From: Phoronis australis
Taxonomy: Eukaryota > Animalia > Phoronida
DNA length: 37,065 nt
Assembly (NCBI GenBank): GCA_002633005.1
Contig: NMRA01000005.1
Span: 1-37,065, forward strand
Direction: 5' to 3'
Made by a program: the position numbers and the translations under genes. Below the pieces are notes generated by a model. It was given only the letters and a program-made list of their open reading frames with translations, was not told the DNA's origin and ran no database searches. The first letter of the stretch is position 1, and every line of letters starts with the position of its first letter. Shown one piece after another: positions 14,601 to 26,600 of this stretch.

Positions 14601-17600
14601 CCATTATAGGCTCTGGCTCAACTCGCCAAAACTAATGCTTTATGCTGTTGTGTTGCCCAGACATAAAATAGCTATTTTTGTAAGTGCACTCTTTCAGAAT
14701 ATAGACTTTATAGTAACATTTTCCGTAAAAACTACATGGCACAGATGCGTAGGCGATAAAATCTTGTAGATGTCATTAATAGATCTGAGACTTTCACACC
14801 ACACCCTGCTCAAGTTTAAGACAAGCTTTCTGTCCGCCATAATTTTTTCTTTGTTTGTTGAGGTTATACTATTGTATCAGTCATGAGTGAAATGTCATTT
14901 ATTGTTGTTTAGGTAAAGAGCATGCCAGGCGTATTTGTAGCTAACATCTTGGTGATGACGATGAACAAGCTGTCTACACCCATCCTCAAGACAGTGATTT
15001 CATTTGACAAGGGGGGAAGCTGGAGACCAATACCTGCCCCCCGCAAGTATCGGGATGGCACAAGTACAAACTGTGTCTTGGTACGTATTCTATGTTGTTC
15101 AACTGTCTGTTATCTTATTTTCCCTATGTCTTAACGATGGTTACCCACTGTGGTATGAGTTGAATATGGCCAGGGTTTGTTCATTATTTAAAGAATGTGT
15201 TTTCACAATGTTTGGCTGTCTTATCTCAGATGCTTTGGGACTTAAAAAATTACCTCCCTTATCCGAACCTGAAATGTTGCTGAATTTACTGGCAACTTAA
15301 GTCACTGGTAATACGCACACTCTGAGGAAGGGGTGAGGAGCTGGTGTATGCTTTCAAATGCAGTTCTAGCATTATTGTACTCTGAGGAAGGGGTGAGGAG
15401 CCGATGTATGCCTTCAAATGCAGTTCTAGCATTATTGTACTTTGAGGAAGGGGTGAGGAGCTGGTGTATGCTTTCAAAATTTTGTGAAAATGTCGATGAA
15501 AGTTATCTGTGGGTGGCAAGAAGCAAATGAACATTTTATTTAATAGGTGGAATTCTTACTGAGTGGGATTAAGTCTTCCAAACGTTTGCGTTTGAACATT
15601 TTGAATAACTTAAATAAATAATTTCATTTACAGGTGGACTTTCTACTTTATACTGATGTCAGAGTTCATTTTTTCCTGTGTATTGATACTTGATTGTTTT
15701 TTTCTTGTGTATCTCATTTAGATTTTCTTTCCATCAGTTATGAGTTTTAATCTCCTCAATAGCACCATCTGTTCTAATTTCGGCAATTTTACTTTCAGAC
15801 TGGCTGCTCTCTGCAGCTTCACTTGGCCTATAGCGGCTTACCAATGATGGTGTCCAATGAGAAAGCTCCGGGGTTAGTCCTAGCCCATGGTTAGTAGATT
15901 CCTTCATTAATTATCATTGGATTCTAGGTTGAGATATCAGAACTACAATGGCAAGGTACGTTATAAATAAGGCTGTGGTAAGTGTGTTGGATTTAGGCCA
16001 AATAAAACGATGTTTGTTTCCACTTGTACGATCAGCTGTAAATGAATGACTCAAAACACTTCAGTTGCTGTGTCAAGCCAAAAATAACATAGTTGGTTCT
16101 GGTCTGCACCATACTTATTTTGAAACCTGGGTCTCAAAGCTGATAGCAGATGGCAATGAGTAAAAAACGAAGGTATGCAATTCAATTGGCAAACATCAGC
16201 TTATAATTGTGTGTGTGGGGGGGTCCTATCTCCATACTATCGTGATTTACTCCATAAATTGTCTGTGACTTGTGGTATGAATTTCAAATCAGAAAAATTG
16301 TATATTAATAAAGAAAAAAGGATTCCGAGCTGTCAAGCTGGCGTCTGGTGGCTTTTTCTATTTGAAAATTTGAGCAACTGAGAAAATACCACGTCACAGC
16401 TTCGTTTTTCAAAAATCCACTGACCAAAACCATTTATGCTGTTTTTGGTTAAAATATTTTTTCTATTTTTAATTAAAATGAAATTGTTGCAGAAATAACT
16501 ATGCCACAACCATGAAGTGTGAAAAATATAAAATATTTCACCTTCCAAACTAACCTACCCATCCCAGAAGAGTGAAAGTAAGGTGCATGGAAAATATTAC
16601 TTTTAAAGAAAATTTGAGACTAGCATTAAAGGCTATAACCTGTTCCCTTGCTCAAACATATTTGTTTAAACAGGCAAAATTCATCAAAACAGGACATGGG
16701 GAAATTCATTTTTTTCCTTCCAAAAAGTGGTAAATACCAGTCCTGCAGAAATTCGAAAAATGAATTTCCCTGTGTCAGTTGTTATTCACCATCCTGATGA
16801 AACTGTTTGAAGGTTCATCAAAAATTATTTTTTAAAACCAGAAGCTTATGCCACAGCATCTGTGATCCCTAGAGATTAGCATGGCAACCATGTGTGGTTA
16901 GCATGGTAACCATGTGTGGTTAGCATGGTAATCATGTGTGGTTAGCATGGTAACCATGTGTGGTTAGCATTAAAACCATGTGTGGTTAGCATGGTAACCA
17001 TGTGTGGTTAGCATGGTAACCATGTGTGGTTAGCATTAAAACCATGTGTGGTTAGCATGTTAACCATGTGTGGTTAGCATATTAACCATGTGTGGTTAGC
17101 ATATTAACCATGTGTGGTTAGCATGTTAACCATGTGTGGTCTAAAACAGTATTTAACTGGTGATTTTCTATTTGCAACTGCATCCTGTTACAGCAGTGTA
17201 TTAAAGTATTAGCAAAAGACTGGAGTATAGTATGATACAGGAAATAACTTAAACAGTTAACATCTGATTCAACTATAGTTTGACCTGGAATTGTCTTATA
17301 ACCTTGAGATGAAATGATTACTACTCATAGGATCACTCTAAGAACATTGATTTTGATGCAACGGATGATGACTTCAGGGCAATAGTCACTTACAAGGGTC
17401 ACGGATTTTAAGAACCAGTTTGATGTCTATTATTCAGTGGAGAAAACTGGTTCTTAAAATGTGGAACCCCTGTAAATGACTATAGCCGACTTCAGTGTTC
17501 TGTTGAATAATGGGTTGAAAATTGTTTTCAGTTGATGCGCAGTAATTATTATTGTTTTATGAATAACAATTATTAGTCTCTTTCATGGTAGAAATCTTTT

Positions 17601-20600
17601 AGGACTGAACTATAGCTCAGATCATGTATCCAACATGTGGCATATAAAGACTAATGGTTTTTACTCATACCAAGTCAGTGCACTTTCGTTTTGTTCTTTT
17701 GGCACTTATTATTAGTTGTGTTGATAATTCACCTATAATTGTGTTGCAGGTTTGCCTGGTCGTTACCTGAGACCATTTGTATTGGACAGAAATCTTGGTG
17801 TCTACATCTCTAGAGACGGAGGTGTGACATGGGCACAGGTAAAGGGCCAGACGATATTGCTTATATGTTGACGTGTGATTTCTGGGCTTGGAAAAAAACT
17901 TACGTTATTGCTTGACAACACACTTGTGTCATAAAATGATCCTTCTCGACAAGCCAACCTGTAGTGCCCTGTCTAAATCAATTAGTGAAAAGCTTGCTCT
18001 TTTCTAGCTCAGAAATTTCATCTACAGAACAATTTGTGACGGAAGTAGGGCTTATAACAGTTTCAAATGTAGCTGTGATTGACAAAACCCACAGCAATTT
18101 AGTTGCAATATTTGCAAACAAAACACATTGAAGATGCAACAGCGTTGTCTACTGCACATTCTTGTACATATTAATTAAACTCTTTCAAGTGCACAGTGTA
18201 TGCCTCTGTTCACTGATGTACAGTTTTTGGGCAAACTGACAACACACATCACCATCACTGGATCCAAAAATGGTGTCTAATAAGGAGACACGATCATTGA
18301 TGAAATAGCATTTTTCTGTATCCTGTAAAAGTGTTGTCTATGGGCAGTTTGTTTTGTTATTCATATTACCTGAACATGCTATATTTAACTGGAGTGATTG
18401 TCATTTCTAGAGTTTTACTGGAAGTTATGAAATGAATATCCTAGATCAGGGCGGGGCTATAGTTGCTGTCGAGTCACTCACGCAAGCAAATGAGATCAGG
18501 TAAGGGCATTACTTGGTAAACATTTTTGCCGAATACAGTACAAGACAAAATAGGACAGCCAGTTCTGTTAACAGCAAAAACTACTGGTAATAACTATCGG
18601 GACAATTAAATTCTAATTACAGATTTGACTTACCTCCTTTGTTAACATTCTTGTTAAGTTCCTTTTATTCTCGCGCATGATAGAAGACTACTCTGAATGA
18701 TGAATTTGACTATGCCCAGTCGTGTATGTCATGATGGGGAATTCTGGGTAATTTTATCTGAATCAATACAGATGGCTGTACTGTACGTTTCTCTGTCATA
18801 AATTTTTGTTCGTTTTTTATTTGTTTAATTTTAATTCGCATGATACAGGACACATTTTTTGCCACATTTACATGGAATTTTACACAGCATGTGACTCGTC
18901 AATATCTCAAGGCCTATTGTTTTAATTCAATCGAATACGAGATATTGCTGTGGCTCTTCTTTTTAATTTTTATTTTACCAAACCAAAGCTATGCGGTGCT
19001 TTGTGGAATGCTTCTGAAATTTAGATTGGTCTCATTGCAACGACTTCCCATTCTCAAGTTATTAAGATTTTCTGTTTAGTGTTGTTTTAGTTACTGATCT
19101 TTCCTTGGCTTTTTTGTCAGTTGAACCCATCTTACTGGCCTTTGTTACCTAAATCAATTTCATTGTCATTGCCTCCATATTTATTGTAAGCAGCGTATTC
19201 ATTGTCATCGCCATGACCTTCTTCTCTTTCCTCATCTCGTGTGTTATACTAGACCTATGTCTGCATTGTCATCATCATCACCACTGTTGTCGTCATCATT
19301 GTCGCCGTTGTCTCCATCATCACCGTCATCATCACCATCATCGTTTTCATCATCGTCTTTTTCAGCGTCACTGTTGTTCATTCAGTTTGTTCAGATGTCC
19401 CTTTCAAGACTTTCTTGTTTCTTTCGCTGTTAATGGCATTTTCAGCTGTAGTTTGTATTTTGTTACTGCGGTTATTAATCCTCTCTACCTTGGCAAAGAG
19501 TAGTCAATCCAGCTCTCAATTCTCATAATTGTTGTAACCTTGTCTTAAACAGGTATTCATGCAACGAAGGTAAAACGTGGCAGAAATACGAGTTCAGCAA
19601 AACAAAAATTCAAGTGGATGGACTTCTGAATGAGCCAGGAATTAACACACTCATATCAAGGTATATACACTTATGAGCCAGGCATTAACACACTCATATC
19701 AAGGTAACACTAGTCAATGAGCCAGGCATTAACACACTCATATCAAGGTAACACTAGTCAATGAGCCAGGCATTAACACACTCGTACCTAGGTATATACA
19801 CTAGTCAATGATCCACGCATTAACACACTCATATCAAGGTATATACACTAATCAATGAACCAGGCATTAACACACTCATATCAAGGTATATACACTAGTC
19901 AGTGAGTCAGACATTAACACACTCATATCAAGGTATATACTCCCAGTCAATGAGCCAGGCATTAATACACTCATATCAAGGTATATACACCTAGTCAATG
20001 AGCCAGGAATTAACCCACTCATATCAAGGTATATACACGAGTTAATGAGCTAGGCATTAACTCACTCATATCTAAGAATATACACGTAGCCAATGAGCCA
20101 GGCATGAACAAACTCATATCAAGGTATACACCTAGTCACTCATGTCACGTGATGTTGCATACTGTAGAACAAAATCTAAAATATCTATTGTTTGAGAAAC
20201 ATGTTGATCGCAAAAGTTGCTATTGTTCCATTCTTCTAAACCAAAAATTCAATTTTAGCATCAATTTTAGTGTTGCACACCTAAAAGACTGCCCTAAATT
20301 GAAGAATTTTTATCATGTATGGGAAAGTGATCAATAATTCTCACATGCGGTCATAATTTTCTAGTGCCTACGGTCACAGCAAGAACTCTGGCTGGATAAT
20401 CACCAAGATTGACTTCAGCCCCGTACTGCAGACAGTGTGCTCACAATCTGACTACACATTTTGGTTCCCTGCTACTGTGAGTAGTCAACTACAAGTTAGA
20501 ACCAGTTGTATGAAATAGTCCCTGAGAGAAATTCAACTAAGTTGGCACATTTGTGTCGTTTACTCTCAAAATTTCATTCACTTTGTTGTTTTTATTATGA

Positions 20601-23600
20601 GATGATCTTCGACTAATGACGTTTTCGAATAATTTTGAAAACCGAACCCTCATTTCAGTGAAATATAACTAGGACTTAGTTCTTAAAATTAGGGTCATTG
20701 CATGAAAGCTGTCCTATTTATTTTCGATATTATTGTGAATTCATTGTAAAGTTAACATTCACGTTGTGTCAATGCTAATATTGACTTATAAATGAAGGTA
20801 AAATAGCATAAGAAAGGACACTCAAATGTGAAAACTTAAAAAATAGAGTCTAGTTCCTATTTTGTACTGTTTGAAGCAACTGGCCACTGATAATTTTTGA
20901 GTGCTGGATGAGGGTTAATTGTCCTCAAACAGTAGAGCTGCTAAAGCTTTGTATGCGCCCACATATTTATATGTGGGTGCATATTGCCATCATCTCTGTC
21001 TGGGCATCCGGGCGTCTGGCGTCCACGGCTGTATCTCCTAAACCCCTTGCAGAATGTTATTGAAATTTGGCAGGTGTGTTCCTATGGGGTTGACGACAGA
21101 GGGCGACGACTTTCGGACCGACCCGAATACCGCTGTGCCCCCTGGTGGCAATTTTAGTTTTTTACGTTTATCTCTGTATCTTGAAAGGTCCTCAACCGAT
21201 TTTCATGAAATTTGGCACATAGGCATCTATTAATGAGGTGACGCTATCCTTTTGTTTTCGGTTGGATTCGAGGTATTTGCGCCACCTAGTGGCCATTTTT
21301 ACTGTTTTCAAGTCTGTTTTTTGACGTCCATCCCTCCATCAACCAAACCGCTCAAAGGATGATTGCGAAAATTGTCATGTATGTTCTTATTATGAAGTGG
21401 ACGCCTGACGATGGTTTTCCGACGACTTCAACTACTGTGGCGCCTCCTAGTGGCAATTTTGTTTTTTTTTTGCGCCTATGGCTGTATCTCCTAAATCGTT
21501 TGCAGGATCTTTACTAAATTTAGTAAGTGCATTTATATGATGTTAATAACGCAGGATGACGACTATCAGACAGATCTGACTACTGGTGTGCCACCTAGTG
21601 GCAATTTTATTTTTTTACGTTTACCTCTCTATGGTCCCCAATGTATTTTCATAAAATTTGGCATACAGGCATCTGTTAATGAGGTGACGCCACCTCTCCA
21701 TTTTCAGATGGATTCGACCTAGTTTGCGCCACCTAGTGGCCATTTTTACTGTTTTCGAGTATGTTTTTTGGCGTCCACTCCTCTATCAATCAATCCGCTT
21801 TCAGGATAATTGTGAAAATTGGCATGTATGTTTTAACTATAAAGTGGACGGCTGATTATGATTTTCCAACTTCGATTACTGTGGCGCCTCCTGTTGGCAG
21901 TTTTTTTGCGCTCATGGCCGTTTGCAGGATCTTTACTTGATTTAGCAAGTGTATTTATATGATGTTGACAACGAACAACGACGACTTTCCGATGGATCTG
22001 ACTACTCGTGTGCCCCTAGTGGGAATTTTAGTTTTTTACGTTTATCTCTGTATCTTCAAAGGTCCAAAACAGATTTTCATGAAATTTTGAATACAGGCAT
22101 CTGTTGAAGAGATGACGCTTTGCTCCTGTTTTTGGATGGAATCTAGGTATTTTGCGCCACCTAGCGGCCATTTTTGCTGTTTTCAAACCCAGGTCAACCA
22201 AATCCTTCTGGGGATGGTTTTGAAAATTGATATGTTCTCAGTGTGAAGAGGACGTTTGATGATGGGGACTGACTACTGTGGTGCCTCCTAGTGGTAGCTC
22301 TGTTTTCTTTTGCATCCATAGCTGTATTTGGATGGATTGTACGTTTTTGTTCCATCTAGTGGCCATTTTTATGATACAAATAAATAACCATAAAAGCACA
22401 CCATTTGCGATGCATTCGTGGGCACATTTCAACGCTCCGCGTTGGTCTTGTTTTTTAATTCTGTAAGCTCCTTACCTGATGTTCTGGCATGGAGCCAGTC
22501 TGTTCCAGCCACATTGGTTTTGATGGATAAAATGACAAGGCCACAGAAAATAGTGTTACGTGAACTGTAAACCTCAGATAATATGTTACTTTTGGGACCA
22601 AGGCGAAAACGACAAGTGATTCATTTGATGGCTTAGCTGTGCCACCTTCGGAGATATACTTGACAGGACTGTGTGAATCACATTCCTCAAAAGTATAGAG
22701 ATGATTTAATGTATGAAGTAGCTGGTAAAAAAATTTGATTATTGCCACAACTCCACATAATTGTGTCATCTAGAAAGCAGAAATACTACCTGATTTCTCC
22801 TATCTGAAAACAGACCGTGTGACAGTTTATACAATGAAAGTAGAATGTAGATACATAATTTGTTCTGGAGTAAGTTCAGCAGTTTATTGCGTGAAATTAT
22901 GGAATAAATAGGATGAATTAGGACTGGTGAGTTACATAATTATATTCAAATAAAATAAATCGGTTCTAACAAAACGCGACAGCACATCCAGAACGACTGT
23001 TTATGGCGTGACGGATTCTCCGAGATATACCGTTAGTATTTGCTGTTTGTGAAACTAAATGTTGGTTTAGACCATTTAACGCTATAAAATTGATCTCAAC
23101 ATGTTCCTTATAATATTCAAATAGAAGTGAACAATTTCAGCCCTAAATCAAATGTGGTTTTTTGTGACACTTTAAACTGGATGCTGTAGCATACCTTGTG
23201 TCCATTGTCAGTTCCTTCAATTAATAACTAAAAGTTATCTTAACATGAAAACGTGTCAACATCTACCTTTACTCATATTCTGTTTTAAAATCTTGATCTT
23301 TGATTTTATTCAACTGTTTGCTTGTAAGTGTAAGCGCCTGTATTCAGATATTGACACTGCGCCACCTACAGACACATATGGGCTTAAGTGTGTACATACA
23401 TAGTAAGCGTGTGAAGAATGTATATTCAATTTATATTTCCCAAAGGAATGCATCTTGGGCCAGAATTTCACATATGAGCGACGAAAACAGGACTCTCTTT
23501 GCAAAAATGGCATTGACTACAGTCGACCGACCAAATCAACGATCTGTCCCTGTATACAAGATGATTTTGAATGGTAAGAATCATTTGTGACTACTCATGA

Positions 23601-26600
23601 ATGTTGCCAAGTGCAGCAGTCTTAGGAAAATTAGATATTTCTTCTGCGTTGTTTAGTGACTTAAAAGCTAGAGAAACCAAGGGTTCGGTTTCCTGTTTGA
23701 CAAGGTATTGTTCCCAGAACCCTTGGAAATGTTTCTTCTCAGTATTTTATAAACTTAAGCCACACCAATCTCTTTAAGATTATGTTAGATGCTGCTGTTG
23801 TCAGATTTCAATCGACTACCATTAAAGATTTGTCATCACATAAATGCTGAATCAGTGTCTTCTTTTTCTATCACTGTATTAAAAAGTAATTACTGTAAAA
23901 GGTAAGTTTTTGTATGATGTTTTTGTGCACCCACATATACATATTTGGGTTTATGTTGCTATCATCTCTGTTCGAAGTCCGATGCTGTATCTTCACTTGC
24001 AGGATCTTCATGAAATTTGGCAGGTGTGTTCTTATGAAGCTGGCCATACGACTGTCACTTTCAGAAGGATACCATTGCTGTTGTTCACGTCAGGAGTAAT
24101 TTTATTTTGTCACGTTCTCATCTGTGTCTACCCAGTTCCTTGACGTATGTTTAAAAAATATGTCAAATATGTTCCTACTGAGATGACGATGATCTTTCCT
24201 AATTTGGATGGATTCTGCAAATTCTGTGCCTCTAGTGACTATTTTAGGATTATATGAAATTTGTCATATGTATTCCCCTGTGGAGAGCAAGGCTGAGGCT
24301 GATTTTCCAGGGAGTCGGAATACTGTTGTGACCCTTAGTGGCAATTTTGTTTTCTGCCTCGGCCTTTATACATACCTAGTACATGGTTCTTCATGAAATT
24401 TGTCCTCACGGCTGGTGCTGATTTTAGGTCAAGTCTGACTAGTGTGGCATATCCCTCGAGGCAATTTATGTTTTATTTGTGTATGCCTCGTCATCTAACA
24501 AGTTCCTTAGTAAATCTTCATGAAATTTGACTAGTTTTAAAACTTTTTTAAGAAAACGATGGCACTTGCCCAGTTTTAGATGAATTAGACCTATTCTCCC
24601 CCTAGTGGCCATTTTTATTATGTCTATGTACTTGGATGGGTTTTAATGGAATTTGACCTACGTGTTCCTGATGAGGAGAGCATAATTGGTGTCTTGAATG
24701 GATCTGACTTCTGTGGAAATATTTGAAGATGTTAAGATCCATTTCACAAGAAAATCGAAAGAAATCAAAAAATCTTTCTGGAGTCGTCTTCCAGATTCAG
24801 CTTAACTTTTGTGTATGTGATCATGGTGTGTCTCTGATAAAAATGTCACCAATGTTACACTTATTGATCTCTTAATTTTTTACCTATAGGCCTTCAAAGG
24901 TTTACGAAGAAAATGACACGTTTTTACATACTGAAAACATCAATTTTGCAATATAAAAAACAGGTTGATTGCATGCAATGAGAGAAAACATAATGGGATT
25001 AGGAAGTGGGACATGAGGACTACCAAATAAAATTGATATTAATGATTTCGCTGCATTCATCACGTGACAGAGGAGGTAAATCTGTCAACTTTTTGTAGTG
25101 TTGAAAGTGGGTGTCACTCAAGTGCTTCTACAAGCCAGTTTGTGGGGCTGTGGACATTGAAATTGATGTTTTTGGATAGATCTTGGACATGTGAACAAAT
25201 TTAAAAAATCTCTGGAATGGGCTTTTTTCATTTTTTGGTCTACCCAATATTGAATATTCTTCCTTTTCTAAAAGAATGTTAATGTACCTTAAAGTTTGTT
25301 ACATTTAAAATGATTTCAAGAAAAATATAATGAATGGGAATCAACATTGTAGGGACCATAATGCTGTCTGACATATCCATATTACCATTTCACCCATTGA
25401 GCATTCATAACTGACCTTGGGTCAGAAGTTACGCAGGCGCAAGTGATGACATAATTGCCTGGTGCCAATACCCAAAATGGTAGACGACCTTAGGCTGACA
25501 TGAATACTTCATGTGATTTTTAATGAAATATTCTGATTTGTACTATAGTTCAAGGCAGTTTAGCTTTTATTTTTGAATTGTTTTTTTAATTAAGGGTTCG
25601 ATACTGTATGAAGTGGTCAAACTGAAAATTATTTTTTCACTTTGAAGACAAATGCCTCCATCACAGGAAAGGCATCAGTGTCTGAAATACAAAAATGAAA
25701 AAGTATTAAAATCGCATGGTGCATTCAAAAGTTACCGCCTGACTATTTATGTGTCAAATTTTGACTTTATCTCGATCGGGTTGGCTATCTTGCGATGTCA
25801 GTAGCATAGGTTGTGGATTTAAAGTGCTGTAACATTATTTCCACAAATATTCTAGCAGTAAAATTTAGTAACACATATCTTTACCTGCCATACTGTACAG
25901 TCCAAGAGTTTACACCAGTATTTAATCACACAGGTGTAACTTATTGAATTTAGTGGTTTAAGTGCTCACAATTCACGACAACATGGCGACTTTTCTGAAC
26001 TGAAAGGCATGTTCAACCGGCTACATTGTCATTGGTAAAGACTTGACTATAATACATTTTGTAGACACACTGCTACAAAAAGCGGTTTTGTACAGTTTTG
26101 CAGTGCGTGTGCCATAACTGTTATGAATTTTTTATTTATTTCAATGTAAAGTGTCCATTCAGTTGACCTTGCATTCTGCTAAATTCTGTTGAAATTGTTC
26201 TGAAATCGTTTTTTTTGTTTGAAAGGCAAATTCTGTTCAAGGTATGATTATGTGTCACAACAGGATACATATTTTTCTAAATTCTATGCACAAAATGCGC
26301 TTTTGTTTTATGTTTTGTAACTAGTTACTTTCTACTTCACGATATATCAAAGCAATAAAATGTGAAAAATTAGTTGATTAATTTTTGCAGAAGTGGGTTA
26401 CATTTGGATTATGAAGTGTGAAGCTTACTCGAATTCTTCTGCATCATAGCATCATATTATTTATTATGATACTAGTCAATTTCTAGTTTAAGTACTAAAA
26501 CTTTTATGGTACTCAGTTGCCATGGTAACAATATTATGATTGTCTACTTTCATACTTAACGTGAACTTGATTCACCCTATGTTGCTGAAAATTTCAAAAG

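Larger units (their letters stand above)
11050..15042. repeat. Direct duplication of ~1.85 kb (11050-12905 vs 13220-15042) flanking the N gap
   Basis: Colinear copies with near-identical exons and scattered intronic substitutions and indels. Confidence 0.95.

Noticed and set aside
15993-16625. Possible MITE starting TTAGGCCAAATAAAACGATGTTTGTTTCC
   Set aside because: The right end is too degraded to pair and no TSD was found
16876-17139. CRISPR or telomeric repeat
   Set aside because: A spacer-less 22-bp tandem; the GGTTAG resemblance is only part of a longer unit
19213-19503. His/Cys-rich and Ser-rich ORFs
   Set aside because: Translation of a (CAT)n-like tract; the flanking exons 12 and 13 already join in phase
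19629-20137. CRISPR-like array
   Set aside because: Units are head-to-tail with no unique spacers, there are no cas genes, and the unit derives from a eukaryotic exon end
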